Positions 34,501 through 48,100 of a DNA stretch of 64,000 nucleotides are shown here, in pieces; position 1 is the first letter of the stretch; every line of letters starts with the position of its first letter. The translations under genes were made by a program, and so were the position numbers. The notes under the pieces are model-generated. The model saw nothing but the letters and a program-made list of their open reading frames with translations, searched no databases and was not told the DNA's origin. The stretch is taken from the NCBI GenBank assembly GCA_040954595.2, contig CM082581.2:5448699-5512698 (forward strand), written 5' to 3'. This DNA comes from Balanoglossus misakiensis. Taxonomy: Eukaryota > Animalia > Hemichordata.

Positions 34501-37500
34501 ATGAGATACGGAGTGGCGCGTAGATCAAGACTTGTATTCAGCATTTCACTAAATTAAATGTCATATAACATACTAGTATTAGAATCAGGATTTAGACAGA
34601 TGTCCATGTTGTGAAAAGTGCAGCATACCCGGTACAGGTAGCTTGACGTACACCGTACGTTTAATCATAACGAACGCCGCCTCCCCTGAGCCAATACACG
34701 ACAAACGTGACACATTCATTCGAGTCAAGGCCGGGCACGAGTCACTGAAAAATGCGCTTACCGGATCCGTTGAGAGCGACTTCGAAACCGTCGTACTGCC
34801 AGGTGCCGAACTTCATGGTGCACTTTTGTTCGTCGAACGGGAAGTAGGTTGGCTTGATCTTGCAGTGTCCTCTGAAAATGACCGGCGCCGTCCACAGGAC
34901 GTTGCCGTCGCTGTACACTACCGTCAGGTGACCCCTGAGGAAGTTCTCGTACTTGTTGGCAGCGCTGAAATGTACATCACAGAGTTCTGTCACCAGAAAT
35001 TACGATTCGAATGGTTTTAATAGCCAGGCACTTTAACGGAGATAAATCTTGAGATGGTAAATCGAGTTGAATTCTGTGCCACTTTTGGTCAACTCGGGGA
35101 ATTGTGTTGACCTACTTCAAACCTAATGCATATTCAATAAACAAGGGATGTCACGGAGCAGTGTGTCGCCATGGATTAAACTGAATACCAGGCATCATCT
35201 GATGTGTTTAGACCTTGTCTGTTTTGATATTATACAGATAACTCTATCAAGTCACAGATTTTTTTTGATTTCCAGTTCTTTGAAAATGTCTTGATTCTGT
35301 ATTAACTGTTTTAACCCGCTTGACCGAAAATATATGGCAAAAGACAGATACAGATTGATAAAACGGTGATAAAAATATAATATGCGCATACTTCTGATAG
35401 AAGTAAATATCCGGAAGCCACAGTCTATCTGAGGGAACTTTTATGTCGTGTATTCCGCCGTATTCCGACTCGTTCCACCACATGTATTCGTCGAACCAGC
35501 TCTATTAAATAAAACAGAGCGAAATCAAGATAAACGACGCGGAGGCAGTGAGAAAAATAGCGAGGCGTTATCAAGATTAATGATTGAAGTATCCAAGTCA
35601 GAGCTGGCATGAAATTGCCGGAAGAAGATAGGGCCACAACGCCCTCCTCTTAATGTTATCTGCAGTTGCTTCAACGTGAAGAAGTTATTTATCATGTTGT
35701 TCTGTTTACGAGAGCAGTCAATTATCAATCGCCCCTGCTCTCATTATACTGCTCAGTTGACAATACGTGGAAGTAATACGTAAAGACAACGCGTTTGGAT
35801 TGCAACGCACGAGTCGAACAGAAATCATCAACAAAAGGCGGTCGTTTTATTAAACCAAAAAGAATGAACGTATCAAAGGCTCTCGGCAATTGTTATCGCC
35901 GATTCAGTATTTTCATTTCGCTAATACATATTCGCTTTTTAAATCTTCAAAGCATAGCGAAATGCCAAGCATCTGGCGTGTCAATACAATCGTAATATGA
36001 GAATATGAGTAACCCGTATTGTCGATGTTTATAATTAAATTTCAGATGAGACTTGCATTCTGTGAACTCTGACAATAGTGGTTATATTATACGAGTACAC
36101 ACACAAACCGCAGAGCACAAGAATAGCATCAAAGGATAAAGTAACAGTTCCTTGAAATATAAATTTTGTATGATCGTTTGTTCTAATAAATATTTCAGAC
36201 TCACCAATGTCATCCACACGTTGCTGATTAACGTCTGGCTCTTTTCATCCTGGAAACAGAAAAAACGAAAGATTTTAATTGAAATTTCCAGAAACTGATG
36301 GTTTTTGAATGTACCGACTAATACACGTCGGTGCGTGTGATCTGGAGACGTGCACGCGGACTGATTAGGGCATTTTGTCAACGTGACAGGTAAAATGTCA
36401 AACACCGGGGCGAACGGCGGAGACTCCATTCATCCGGGGAGATCCGTTCTAATTTCCACAACAAACGATCAATCAGACGGAATCGATTAAGTCTGCAAAC
36501 GCCGCCACGAGCGACATTACCTCAGCCAACAAAGTTTAATAAATTCCGACAGGTGATCTATTCTAGACGCGTCGAGCACGCGGGGTTCAGGTGCAGATTA
36601 TTGATACTTGGTTATTGTGCTGCTAATTTCCGATTGGTCCAAATATACAGCGTGTGGGAGATAATAACGCAGCAGGTACGTCACGTGATCATGCCCAAAA
36701 AGACCGATCAAACGCCAGACTACTACAGTACCTCAGGTGGCGAGAATTTCAAGTCTTGCAACATACTGCTTGACACTGGAATGTACTTTCAGGTACAGCA
36801 GACTACACCTGTATTGTTTCCATCAATAGTAAGGGTAGGCCTCGGTATCACCAAGGATGTGTCTCGTATGCTTTAACCACCCCCCCCCCCATCCAGTGTC
36901 ATACAGTTGGTTTGGCGTATTCGGATAACACTATCAAGTAGTCAACTTCCTTCTTTTTCAATTCGAAACGTAATGCGATTATTTCGCGTGCTTAAGAATG
37001 GGCTTCATGAATATTAGACCATCGATACAGTATTCTACCTATTCGGGGTCGCCTTGGTAGTAGACGTGCTTTTTCAAGTTTGGAGTCGTATTTTCCAGAG
37101 AAATAGGTCGCCGCTCGCTTCACACAGCTCCACGCGTTCTTTACTAAAAAAAAACTGATATTGCTTTCGCTTCCCTACAGCTCCCCAGACTTTCCTAATA
37201 TGGCGTGATTGACGTACCAACTTATCAACCTATTGAATGCGGGGGAAATGAGGGTGTGCGCCGGAGTTAAATTGCAATATATCTCAGATGATTGTTCAAT
37301 TACTCGCCCTGAGAGCAAAATTGCCTTTTCCTCCATCAACACAAGAAAGCTTTTAGTTTAACTATTGCTTTTATCAAAACATAAAACGATGGTTGGCTTC
37401 GGAGACATTAACTAATTACTTCGAGAAACGAACAACTCAAATAGACTTCCCGGCAATATATGGGTGACTACACAGCACAGAAATAACAGAACACTTTGAT

Positions 37501-39028
37501 GACTTTTGTAGTGCGTTTTATGTTAGCTCAATTAACATTGTTCACACTTAATTGATTTTCCTAGTCTAGTTAGGCGCGTGGACCCCGCGTGCCGTACTTA
37601 GGTGACGTCATCTGTTGGCCTGGCAGAAACTTTTACGAAATTATAGTCTTTTCAAAGCCACCTTATTTTAAACCATACATGTACATGCATGTTGTTCCAA
37701 TAAAAGGGAGCAAGTTTTCTATAACATCAATATCTGCAGCGTGTTTCTATTAAAATTGAATTATACACAGGATATTGTGTATACAAAAAAATTCATATCT
37801 AATAATTTGACATGAAACGCATATTGCATTTTCCACCACGCATTCGATCAACCGGGGTTGACTGGCGACTAACCGACACGTCATGAATTGGTGGGACGTC
37901 ACGGCAGTAGAAATTTATCCTTCAACCGCGTAGACGCGCGCATTTATATATTCATGGACACGATCGTTTAGATTTTCTATGCGTATAAACGAGGCAATTA
38001 AACGTATACACCGTTCAATTTTAAGCCGGCATTATTTGTCTTCATCGAGCCCTATCAGTATTCCGTCATCCCCCGGTGGTAATCAGATTTGATTTTACCT
38101 TCCGTCGATGCATTGTTTTAAAGGGGGCGAGGCTTCCAATAACCGGGTTACCGAAAATCATTTTCCCCATTAATAGAGAATAATGAACCCTATAAAAGAT
38201 GACGTGTTACCTGGTAACCACATCCCTCCGATGTCGTATGAGAAGAGAAGAACTTATTCCGGGCATGGACCGTAGAGCCAAAAACGAAACATTAATAAGG
38301 TTGCAAATGAAAATTACTCATTAAAGTTTATGACCCACATTTACTGCGGCTAATTCCATTTTATGTTTTATAACTCGCTCGTAAAGTTACACACTCGACA
38401 AGACAGTCGTGATTTCTGATTTCTTTCTTTCTTTATTTTCCGTTTTGTTTTTTGGTCACAGCCTTCCAGACGACGTCTACACGGCGAATTCTAGATAATT
38501 GCTGCGTCCGGGGGTTCGTAAAGGTCACATGGGTTCAGCTGGTGACCCCGGAGTCTATTAGAATCATTGTTATGCCGTATGTGGTAACGTAAATTATTGG
38601 AGTCAATAAAAACCACGCATCATCGTGACAGCGGCACAGTAATGAACTCAGACACATACCCAGACACTCAAACGGACTTCAAATATACAGACTGTACTTA
38701 AAGGTGAATTAGTCTAACCTACACCCTTGTAGCAAAGAATAAATACGCTCTCAAATGGGCCACACTGTATTTCGGCGATACTGCCCAACACATAGTCATC
38801 AAATCATGAAACACGGTTTAGTTTGGAGATATGTTGGTGGGCGGTGTTAATATAGTGCATTTGTGCAAGGCAGTCGATCGTATTCGATTATTTGCTAATA
38901 CTAAATGAAGAAAATGTAGTGCTATTCCATGTTAATACGTGATCAGTTTTAATGGTTGCTCTGAGTGTACCGTGGAGCCTCTTACATAGCTGGCAAATCA
39001 CGTTGTCCCATTTGCCCATTCTGTTCAA

Positions 39029-39060
<32 letters not shown>

Positions 39061-39069
39061 TTCTGTCTT

Positions 39070-39133
<64 letters not shown>

Positions 39134-42100
39134 CCTCTCTCTCTGTATGTGCCCCTTGTCTGTCTACCTCTCTGTCCGCCTGGTTGTGCTATACTTAGCC
39201 TTGGTAACAAGGTCGGTTCAGTCTGTGCGTTAATGAATGCCCTGTCCTTGCACACGTGGGCACTAGCTTATGTACGTAATACTCGTATTAGCCGTTTTTC
39301 TCACGTTTCCAGATTTCAATATTGTACATGTCACACAACAAATGCACATTAAAACACGTGCAAGGTCGTCGTCCCCAGTTAAGTATTTCATAAAGGTAAG
39401 CTCTACTCAAGGTGAAAGCTGTTCCAAATGACTTAAGACGCGACTATTGCGTATATGATATTGGCGATTACCCGGCCGCAAATCTATCCGATTATGACAA
39501 TACTATAGTTAACACACAGCCAGATGGCTCGCCGCACGCACACGCATACCGGAGCATATTGTACATGTAAGTAACGAATAGAACTCCATTGGTTATCCCT
39601 GAATGCCAGCAGGTTATAATAATTAAAATTAATCAGGACAGACAGTGACTTGTATCATTTATGGGCCGGGTCATTCAATCGCAAATTCCAGACAAGGATA
39701 CCACTGGAATGGCGTGATTTTTTTTCGGGCGGTGGTTTAAACCGCACGATTTTCTGCGTTATACATGTATATCACTATTGGCTCAGCCGTGGAGTCAACA
39801 CGTCTGCATAGAGGATAAAATAGGAAAATTTATTGTCTGATTTGGAGTAAGACCTATCTGGTAGTAAAACTCCGCAAGTGTCAAAACTGGCCTTCCTCAA
39901 AAAGGCTACTCTGCAATATCTCATTGAAATCCTGATTTCTAAGATTACGCCCACATTACGGGAATTAGTGAGCATAAAGACTGATCGTGCGTTGATAACC
40001 TTCCTTCCATGCAGTCACGCTTTGTGAAATGCCGTTCCTTAAAGTAGCATGTGCCTCGAAAATCGAAGTCTTAAACTTGTTCTGATATACTGCTGAAGGA
40101 AAGTTGTGTCTTCACATTGAGAATAATAATTCGGGATCAGCGTACAATTTCTTTTGAATGAGCGAGCGACAATATGAAATTCATCTTGGCAATATGGCTG
40201 CCAATTGCTGTGTTACTGTAACTCTCGTAGAGAAAAATTACAGTTGTGATTATTATGGAAAAATAAGATGGCGAACACCCTGATTTCTTCTATGTTTTCA
40301 AAAAGACTCCCCACGAACTCCAATACTGCAAAGTATTGAACTATTTCAAATGTGTCCCCAAGGAGCGTGTCACCTTAACACATGAACAAAAGTTGGTTCA
40401 CAGCATTACGAATAAGTCAGAACCGCAATAAACACAGCCATAAAAAATAACCGCATATTTTTTTACGTTCTGCATAGAAAAAAATCGAACACACCGTTTT
40501 CACGGACAGAAGGTCATGCCTATACGTAAGGTTAAGGCCACCACGTGATTTATGAAGACTTTTCTACCGGGGAAATGAACGCCATGTTTAAAACATTGGA
40601 AGCCCGCGAGATTAATGAAAACATATCGAAAGAAAGCTCACGGAAGGCGATCAAATTCCTTTCCATTAAGAACCCAGCTGTTACGGTCGGCGCGGCTGTA
40701 TCGGGTGCCACCTGCGTTTTAGTGATTTCGGCATCTTTCACTTTATTTTGCAGTATATGTATGAACTAAGGCATATATTCTGGAACACAACGACGGATAG
40801 AATGTAGCTTACCATATCGAGTATAAGGTTCAGAAACATCGCCATGTCGACGTTGGTGATCGTGTGCAGGTCCCGGACTGGACGAATCAGGCTACTGTAA
40901 TTTCGGAATTTATCTTCAAATAACCGATGTAAGTCCATATTGCATTCATCGCCTGCGAATAAAAAACATAATTACCATAAATTTAATCGCTGAAATGCAA
41001 GAATATATTTGAGGGTGGTGGTAACCGTATGCTACCCTTCAATGCACGTGAGGTATCGTGGCTTTTGTCGCACGCCTATATTATTGTAATCTGGAAATGT
41101 TTGTTTGACAAAATTGTGGTACCAAGCCAGGCTGGTATAGATACCACGTAATAATACCAGCCACATGCGAAAGCTTGAAATCAGACAGTCGTAAATATAT
41201 GACTTTAGGGCGCATTATCTTCCCAAGACTCCGTCCCACTTAAAAACGATATCATTTGAATGACTTGCCCGAGTGGCAATGCGTGCGTGACAACAAATAA
41301 AATTTATGTACGACAGTTTCATAGCTCTGGCCAGTTTGTAACGTCACCGTTTGATTTATTTTACGTGGGCGGTATTATTTTTAATGTCTGTGTCATGTTC
41401 CACTTGTATTACATTCGACACCACGTTCTGGTCGCGCGTTCCTCGCTGACTGATTTATCTGGGTGAAGTTCGACTCACATGGTGACTGTTACCCAGAATA
41501 GTCGCGGGTGCACCACCTCGTCACCCCCAATACTTGCACTGTGGCTATCGGCATGCAAGTTGCGGTAATAATATCGCCTTGCAATGAACACACACGCATT
41601 ATTCAGACCTGGCATCCGGAATAAATCTTAATCGAATGCTTAACTGAGTATCTTGTTTAAATAGGTCGCCGTAACGTTAATTCTATCTATATAACGATCA
41701 TCGTCTTTAACGATTAATACAGTGAAACTTGTCTGCATGATTCAGGTAAATGCCGTTAGCAATTGCCTGGCTAATCGTACTTTCATAATGGGAGAACGAA
41801 CGTTGAATGTTATCGACGTGTTTGTTAATGCTAAGTGACAGGCCATCAACTTAATACAAGACACAAAACGTCCTAATTCTGCCTATTAGCAGATAATGAA
41901 ACCGTAGCATTTCTCAAGTGAATTCCCATCGCCAATTAAACTTCTTTCCAAAGTCGCAAGTGTTTGTTCTTATAGGGTAACTGGCTATAGGCCTAGTGTG
42001 TTGGTTGGGAAGAAAATCAATACTGAGCGCTGAATACCGGTTCTGTCCTCTCCTCTCGGCCCTAAGCCAGCATTATACGTGAATCACACACACACTGCAT

Positions 42101-45100
42101 ACAGTCAGATAATTGGATTGGCGTGGAAGAAGATATCAATCAGGACGAAGAATAACACGTACTCATTGAGTGAGTAACGCGCGTTTGACAAACCAGAAAT
42201 CGTCCATTTCCTAATCGAAATGTAAGCGCCCGCGGCAAGCGAACGTGGCGGAGATACGAAGTAAGCTACACGCCCGTGGCGTCCAGGACGATACGAATGC
42301 GGATGAGTGAGCGAGTGACGAAACACCCGTTGCGGATGAAGCAGACTACACCACAGAACTGTAAAGTGAGCTATTAGTTGTTTTTTAAGACTTCGAAACA
42401 CAATTGACGAACGCCTTCGCGCCCAACAGCACATCAGCGCCGACGGATGTGAGAACAAATCATCTAAAAGAAGGGCGTATGAGATCGTATCATCCAGTTT
42501 TCCGAGCTCTAATTGGACTTGTGACGTCATTGTCTCGGGCGCTGAGACGCGATCTCGAAAGCAGTGGTATTTAAAAAGGCGTCTTGGTTTTATTTCGGGC
42601 TCGCACGATGCTGATATCTTTGAGTGGTGACGACCGAGATTGGCCTGTATCGAGCTTATTAACACAACCTAGATGTGTACAGTCAGCATTGGTATTGGGC
42701 AAAATATGAATTTAAGTCCGGACTAGAAATCATTTGTCAACAATCGCAGATTGTGTTGACAAGCGGAGTACATAGGTAATACATATTAACATGCCAGAAA
42801 AAGAAATTGCATATAGTACACAGAACAATAATACTGAAAATAAAAGCTAATTTTTCTTTAAGGCAAATACGAGAGTGCAGACACAACGGGCAACTCAAAA
42901 TGAGAACGAACCAAAGAAAGTTGCGCTTCGGATGAAAAACAGGGGGAAAGTCTTCAAAGGTCGCAACTGCAGGTCAGCGAATGTTTTTTCGATAGCAAAA
43001 CAGGAAATCCATTACAACTTCAAACTATCGAAGCTCCGGGGAATACCGTTCGTCATTTCACTCATTTGCTTTCCCAAGAGTTGGAAAGTAAATTGCAGCC
43101 GTTCTATTAAACAGCCGCGTATTGATTGATATCGTCCGCCATTTGCATATTGTCTTATCCAGCGATGTGAATAGACACTGTACATGTATGTTCTCCGCAT
43201 CAACCGCGGCCTTCATACAGCTTCAAGTGTAACGCGTCGCCTTAACCCACGCCGGCTAATAGAAAATCTCAGCCCCAGCGAACCGTGGTATTATCACCCG
43301 GTCTTGATCGAGTGAGCATGCCGATCTCAGCTTTGTTGAAACCTTGAAAGAAGAATTGAGACTATACATTTACTGTAATTGCCATTATTTATGGTAGGTG
43401 ATTTTATTGCGCGAAGATACGTGATAAATGTGTGAGCTAATGAAAACGGACGGCGTCTGGGGTCGTGTGCTCGTGTTATTAAATTTATTGACTCGGATGC
43501 TGAATAAGAATACGTCGTTATCTATGATTCTCTCACTCGGTAGTATATTAAAGATTCTGACGATGATTTTTTTTAGTATTTACGAAAGAAGAATGCAACA
43601 TATAAAGGCTAGTAAAAGTTAATACTTCCCCAGGACAAAGGTACGTTATCACACACGCGTATATATCACAGACATATATCATGATGTATGTCTATTTGAT
43701 GGGGTATAGGAAGGCATGATGATTTAAATGCACCGTTTCTGATACCGTGAATCATTATTCAAGCCAGATGCTCATTTGCAGCGTTTGGTGTTAAACAGGG
43801 CGGTATTAGTGAATGCCCACACACGACCCGGTGATTGAAAACCACATGAGTGCAAACGCCCATATCCTCGTCTTTTTGGTGACTGCACAAGCAGCGTTCC
43901 GTTCTGTACCTCGATATTTTATGGATGGTAACCCGTGTGTGATCCAATTAATGTGATTACTGAGACTTACATTTGTATGATACCCATTCCACGTCTTCCA
44001 GTTCTTTGTCCGACGCGCCCAACCCGCATTGCTCTACAGGACGGTCAATATTGACGTATGTAACTGAAATCGCTGTAGGGGAAAAGTTTGAAGGAAAACC
44101 GACCAAAGGCGTGGGGCAAAAAGAAACACCTCAACACTGGGAACGACGAAATAAATTACGAAATAAAACCATCCGTACAATTTAATCTACCATGGATCCG
44201 TCGATCAGAACTTAATAACCACACAAGTCTATCGACCCCATCTTTCATCTCATTTGCAGCGGCTTGATTTAGAAATTAAATAGACAATGTACATAACGTA
44301 ACTGATAATGCTAGTCTAAGTTGTGTACACATTTACATACGTGTTCAGTAGCACATAGACAAGCATTTGATAACCAAAGCACGCATAAAGTTTAAAAAAT
44401 AGACAGATGGTTAAAACTAAGAAATAATCTGGTTTTACCCCAAATCTATAGTGGCTTGTATATATATTTTGCTACATGGCAAGCTTAATAGCAAGTGGTT
44501 GCATTCTGAAAGCCAATCCCAACGATGCCACCTGAGATCATTTGACTGAGACAGATATTTCCCCGAGAGCTCGTGATATGATAGCTGCCAAAAGAGCTTG
44601 GGGTAGACGTGAGCCATCCTCTAGAGTTATCTGGTTGATTTAATGATGTACAATGCGTTAGATAAGCGATTCGAGAAGAAACTACCTATCTGGGTATAAT
44701 CAATTTAAGGATTCATTGCCACCAAAACGACCGTATATTATGCGCGTCTTATCGACCACGACAAGAAGAAACGACATATCTGGGCAGAATATCACATTTG
44801 TATTACCTGTCCCATGTTAATCAGTTTAAGGATTCGTTCCCGCCGAGACGATCATACTTTATGTCCCTATTATCTAACACGAACATTTCATATATAATGA
44901 CGTCGTGATTCGATCATATCGTTAAAAAGACGCTATGATCACCACTGCAGTGGTAGTTAGGAATCGTTCTAGAGTACAAGTTAACTAAACCAAGTGTGCG
45001 GTCATGCCACTTTTGACTGTACGTATTTATTACGTGCACAAACAGATGACGGTCTGTAGCCCAACGGAGCTTACGCGCCTCGTGGTTCAGATGAGACGTA

Positions 45101-48100
45101 ATGCATTTAGCTACTTTCAGAGCACGTATTTCCATCTAATGCAAAAATGCAGGTCAACATATTACTCCCATATGTCGACCACACTCATGCCAATTTAAAG
45201 AAAGAGGCATAATCCAATATCATGAACACGCGAACGATGAGCAAATATTTGTGCGGGCTTCGGCTCATACGCGACCGTACTATTTCGTTCCGTTTCATTC
45301 TCAACTGTAATTTTGCGTCTCAGCTGTAACAATTTGATGGCATTTTACTCTAGTGTCGTAAACCTTAAACCGGACACAGTTGCATCGCAAATTTATAATG
45401 TACCCAGAATAATTTCGCATGCTGTCCGATTTTATCAATGCATGAAAGTTAGTACCACGTTTCACTCTGAAACAATTGGGTTCAATTTATGAAATATTTA
45501 TTTGAATTGCATTGTGTGTGTAGGTTCAGAGCCGTACATCAATTTCGCAGATGATTAAAATATTGCATTGAAATTAAATGTGGCATAGACTTTGTCCGCT
45601 AATGGGGGATGTGGATTTTAATTGTCAGTCTGCGAAGCACGCGTTGTGATTTTTTGCAAAGATTTATTCATAGCACTCTGTGTAAAGGTTGCGGCGGTGG
45701 CGCGTATATGAAGCTGATTATACTTGATTGAATACGTGAATTACACCCAATTGTTGCTGTGAGATTTCCCAGAGGTTCGGCGTGTTGTGTCTTCAGTTCA
45801 AACGGGGGGTATTGTGGCATCTTATAGTCAATTGCACGAAATTATCGCACCTTTACATTGATCATAACGGGATACACGGTCTTCGCGGACTTCACCCCAA
45901 CTGAGAGTTATTTCGCACAGGAAGATTGAAAACGGCCGTTTTGAAAGATATCTAAAGAAGGACATGATTTATCTGTACCTATAGAAAACCGTGGAATCAA
46001 TGCTCCGTTTTTGATGTATTGTGATAACGCTGCGAACAAGCCAGCAGGCAACATGCGCATTTGTCAACTGCATAAATTATTTTCTGAAGAATAATCAATC
46101 AAATGGCTAGGCGTTATTAGTGTACACGATAGGTCATCTGCCTGTGTGATAATATTCATAGAATTTTGTTCGGAGATACAATTAAAAACAGAAGTACGGT
46201 CACAATCCAAAAGGCTATCGACCATAAACTACGTGCCAGTGTTCGTCGCAAAAGGCACAGAATATTTTCTGTCGTCGTATAAAGATAAGATTTATGGCTG
46301 GGATCATATTTGAGAATCTGGCTCCAAGTAAAAAGACATTGCTGTTCTCATAAAAGCTTGTATAAAGATCATCCCGAGGAATAGTTATGTACACTTAACT
46401 GGAGTGGCGTTACTTTTTCTGGTTTGTAACTGAATGTAACAGACGCGCGTGCACACATACACACGTCAGCGGTACAAGAGCCACCAGTTATGCTATAGAG
46501 TTAGGGTTCTTAAATCTCAGAATAATGGACTCCTTCGTGCGCATTACGTTAATACTCATACAAGGATGTATATGTAAAGAAGACATGAGATATAAGTACT
46601 TTAAATGTTACTACCAATTGTATGAACTTTTCAACACTTCAGCTTAGACATAAGCTTGTATCAGATAGGCAAGGGCGATGACTTAACGTTCTCAAGACCG
46701 TGACATAAACAAGTAAATAAAATACAGGAACAAACACCAGGGTTTACCATATTTATACTGATTTCCAGTTTCATCGTTTTCTAACTTTGTGTGTCAGCCA
46801 GAGTTTTATGATTTTAAAAACAAGGGGAATGCATTAAGAAGGTCCCCCCTTTCCACCTCGTAATCCCAAGCCGTCCCAGGAAATTGGAATCACGATGGCA
46901 AACAACGTCTCCAGACGACCACCGCGCCAAGTGATAATTAATATTCAATCTACGGCAATCAAGATAAAGGAATGGAAAATGTTGTTAGATTAATATCGTC
47001 TTGCAGGTCAGATCATCCATCATCCCAGTGGAGTAAAGACGGGAGCGGGGTGCCCGCATTAGCAAACAAGCGAGCAGGCAGGCAAACGTGCCCTGCTTTT
47101 CACGCCGTCGTTGGCTAACTGTGTATAATTAATTGGTGCAGAACACATTGGGCGTATACTATTTGTCATGCACGACACACCACGGGGCGTCTTCTGGATT
47201 CTTGTTGCGATGCAACACATACGGACGTGATATCTTTCATTTTTAATATGTCTATGTTATTACAGATACATGATAGCACACCAATCTCGCCACGCTTCAT
47301 AACCGTGTGACAATAATATTGCAAAAGGTCTCCACTTTGACCTTGAGTGATTAGACAACGTATACATTTCTGTTAGACTTCGCTTCGGTTGATGATCTAA
47401 ACAAAATTGCCTGGTTTGAAATGTGACCGCAAAATGATTATTTGACAAAAATCAATTTCCAGGCGACCAGATTCATTATTGCAATGGAATTCGGTAACCA
47501 AGGCCTGCGAGGTTAGACAACGTTCACAGTTATAAACAGGTTAAGGAGTTTAATTCAAATAGTGAGAGAGAAAGAGAGAGCAAACGCAATGAACAGTATG
47601 ACGTCTGATCCGATGTCATTACCATAAACAGTACGTTATGGAGCTGATTGGACAGTAACGCGACTTCAACACAACTGCTTGCGAATGTGCCGGTCGCGAT
47701 TAAAATTGACGGCGGACATTAAAAACATTCTAACTCTTCCTCCCCCGCCTCCGATGTGTGTTTTGCATTTTCATCACGGTGTGTGTGTGAACACTGCGCA
47801 ATAATATCCCGAAACAGACGCAATTATTATATATAATTCCCCCGTATTTCGAACGAGTGTGCCTGCGTCGCGGACGAGTGATTCCCCGTATAGCGGCCGT
47901 ATCCCTCCGAGCCGCAGGCGAGGAGGGATACAGCTATACGGGGAATCACGAGTTCGCGACGCAGGTACACGAGTGAGGAATACGGGGGAATTATATGTTT
48001 ATCACATACATAGATCCGCTAATTTTGATTTTCAAATAAATCTCTTTGTGGTTGCGATAAAATTTGGAACTATTTTGTGCAAAATTGAAGATCGATGTTA

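Noticed and set aside
38952-39352. LSLSLS / ERERER ORFs
   Set aside because: They are translations of the (GTCT)n(CT)n microsatellite.
42105-42665. 186-aa ORF on the - strand in gene B intron 1
   Set aside because: It has a non-ATG start, no recognisable domain and no evident splice context.
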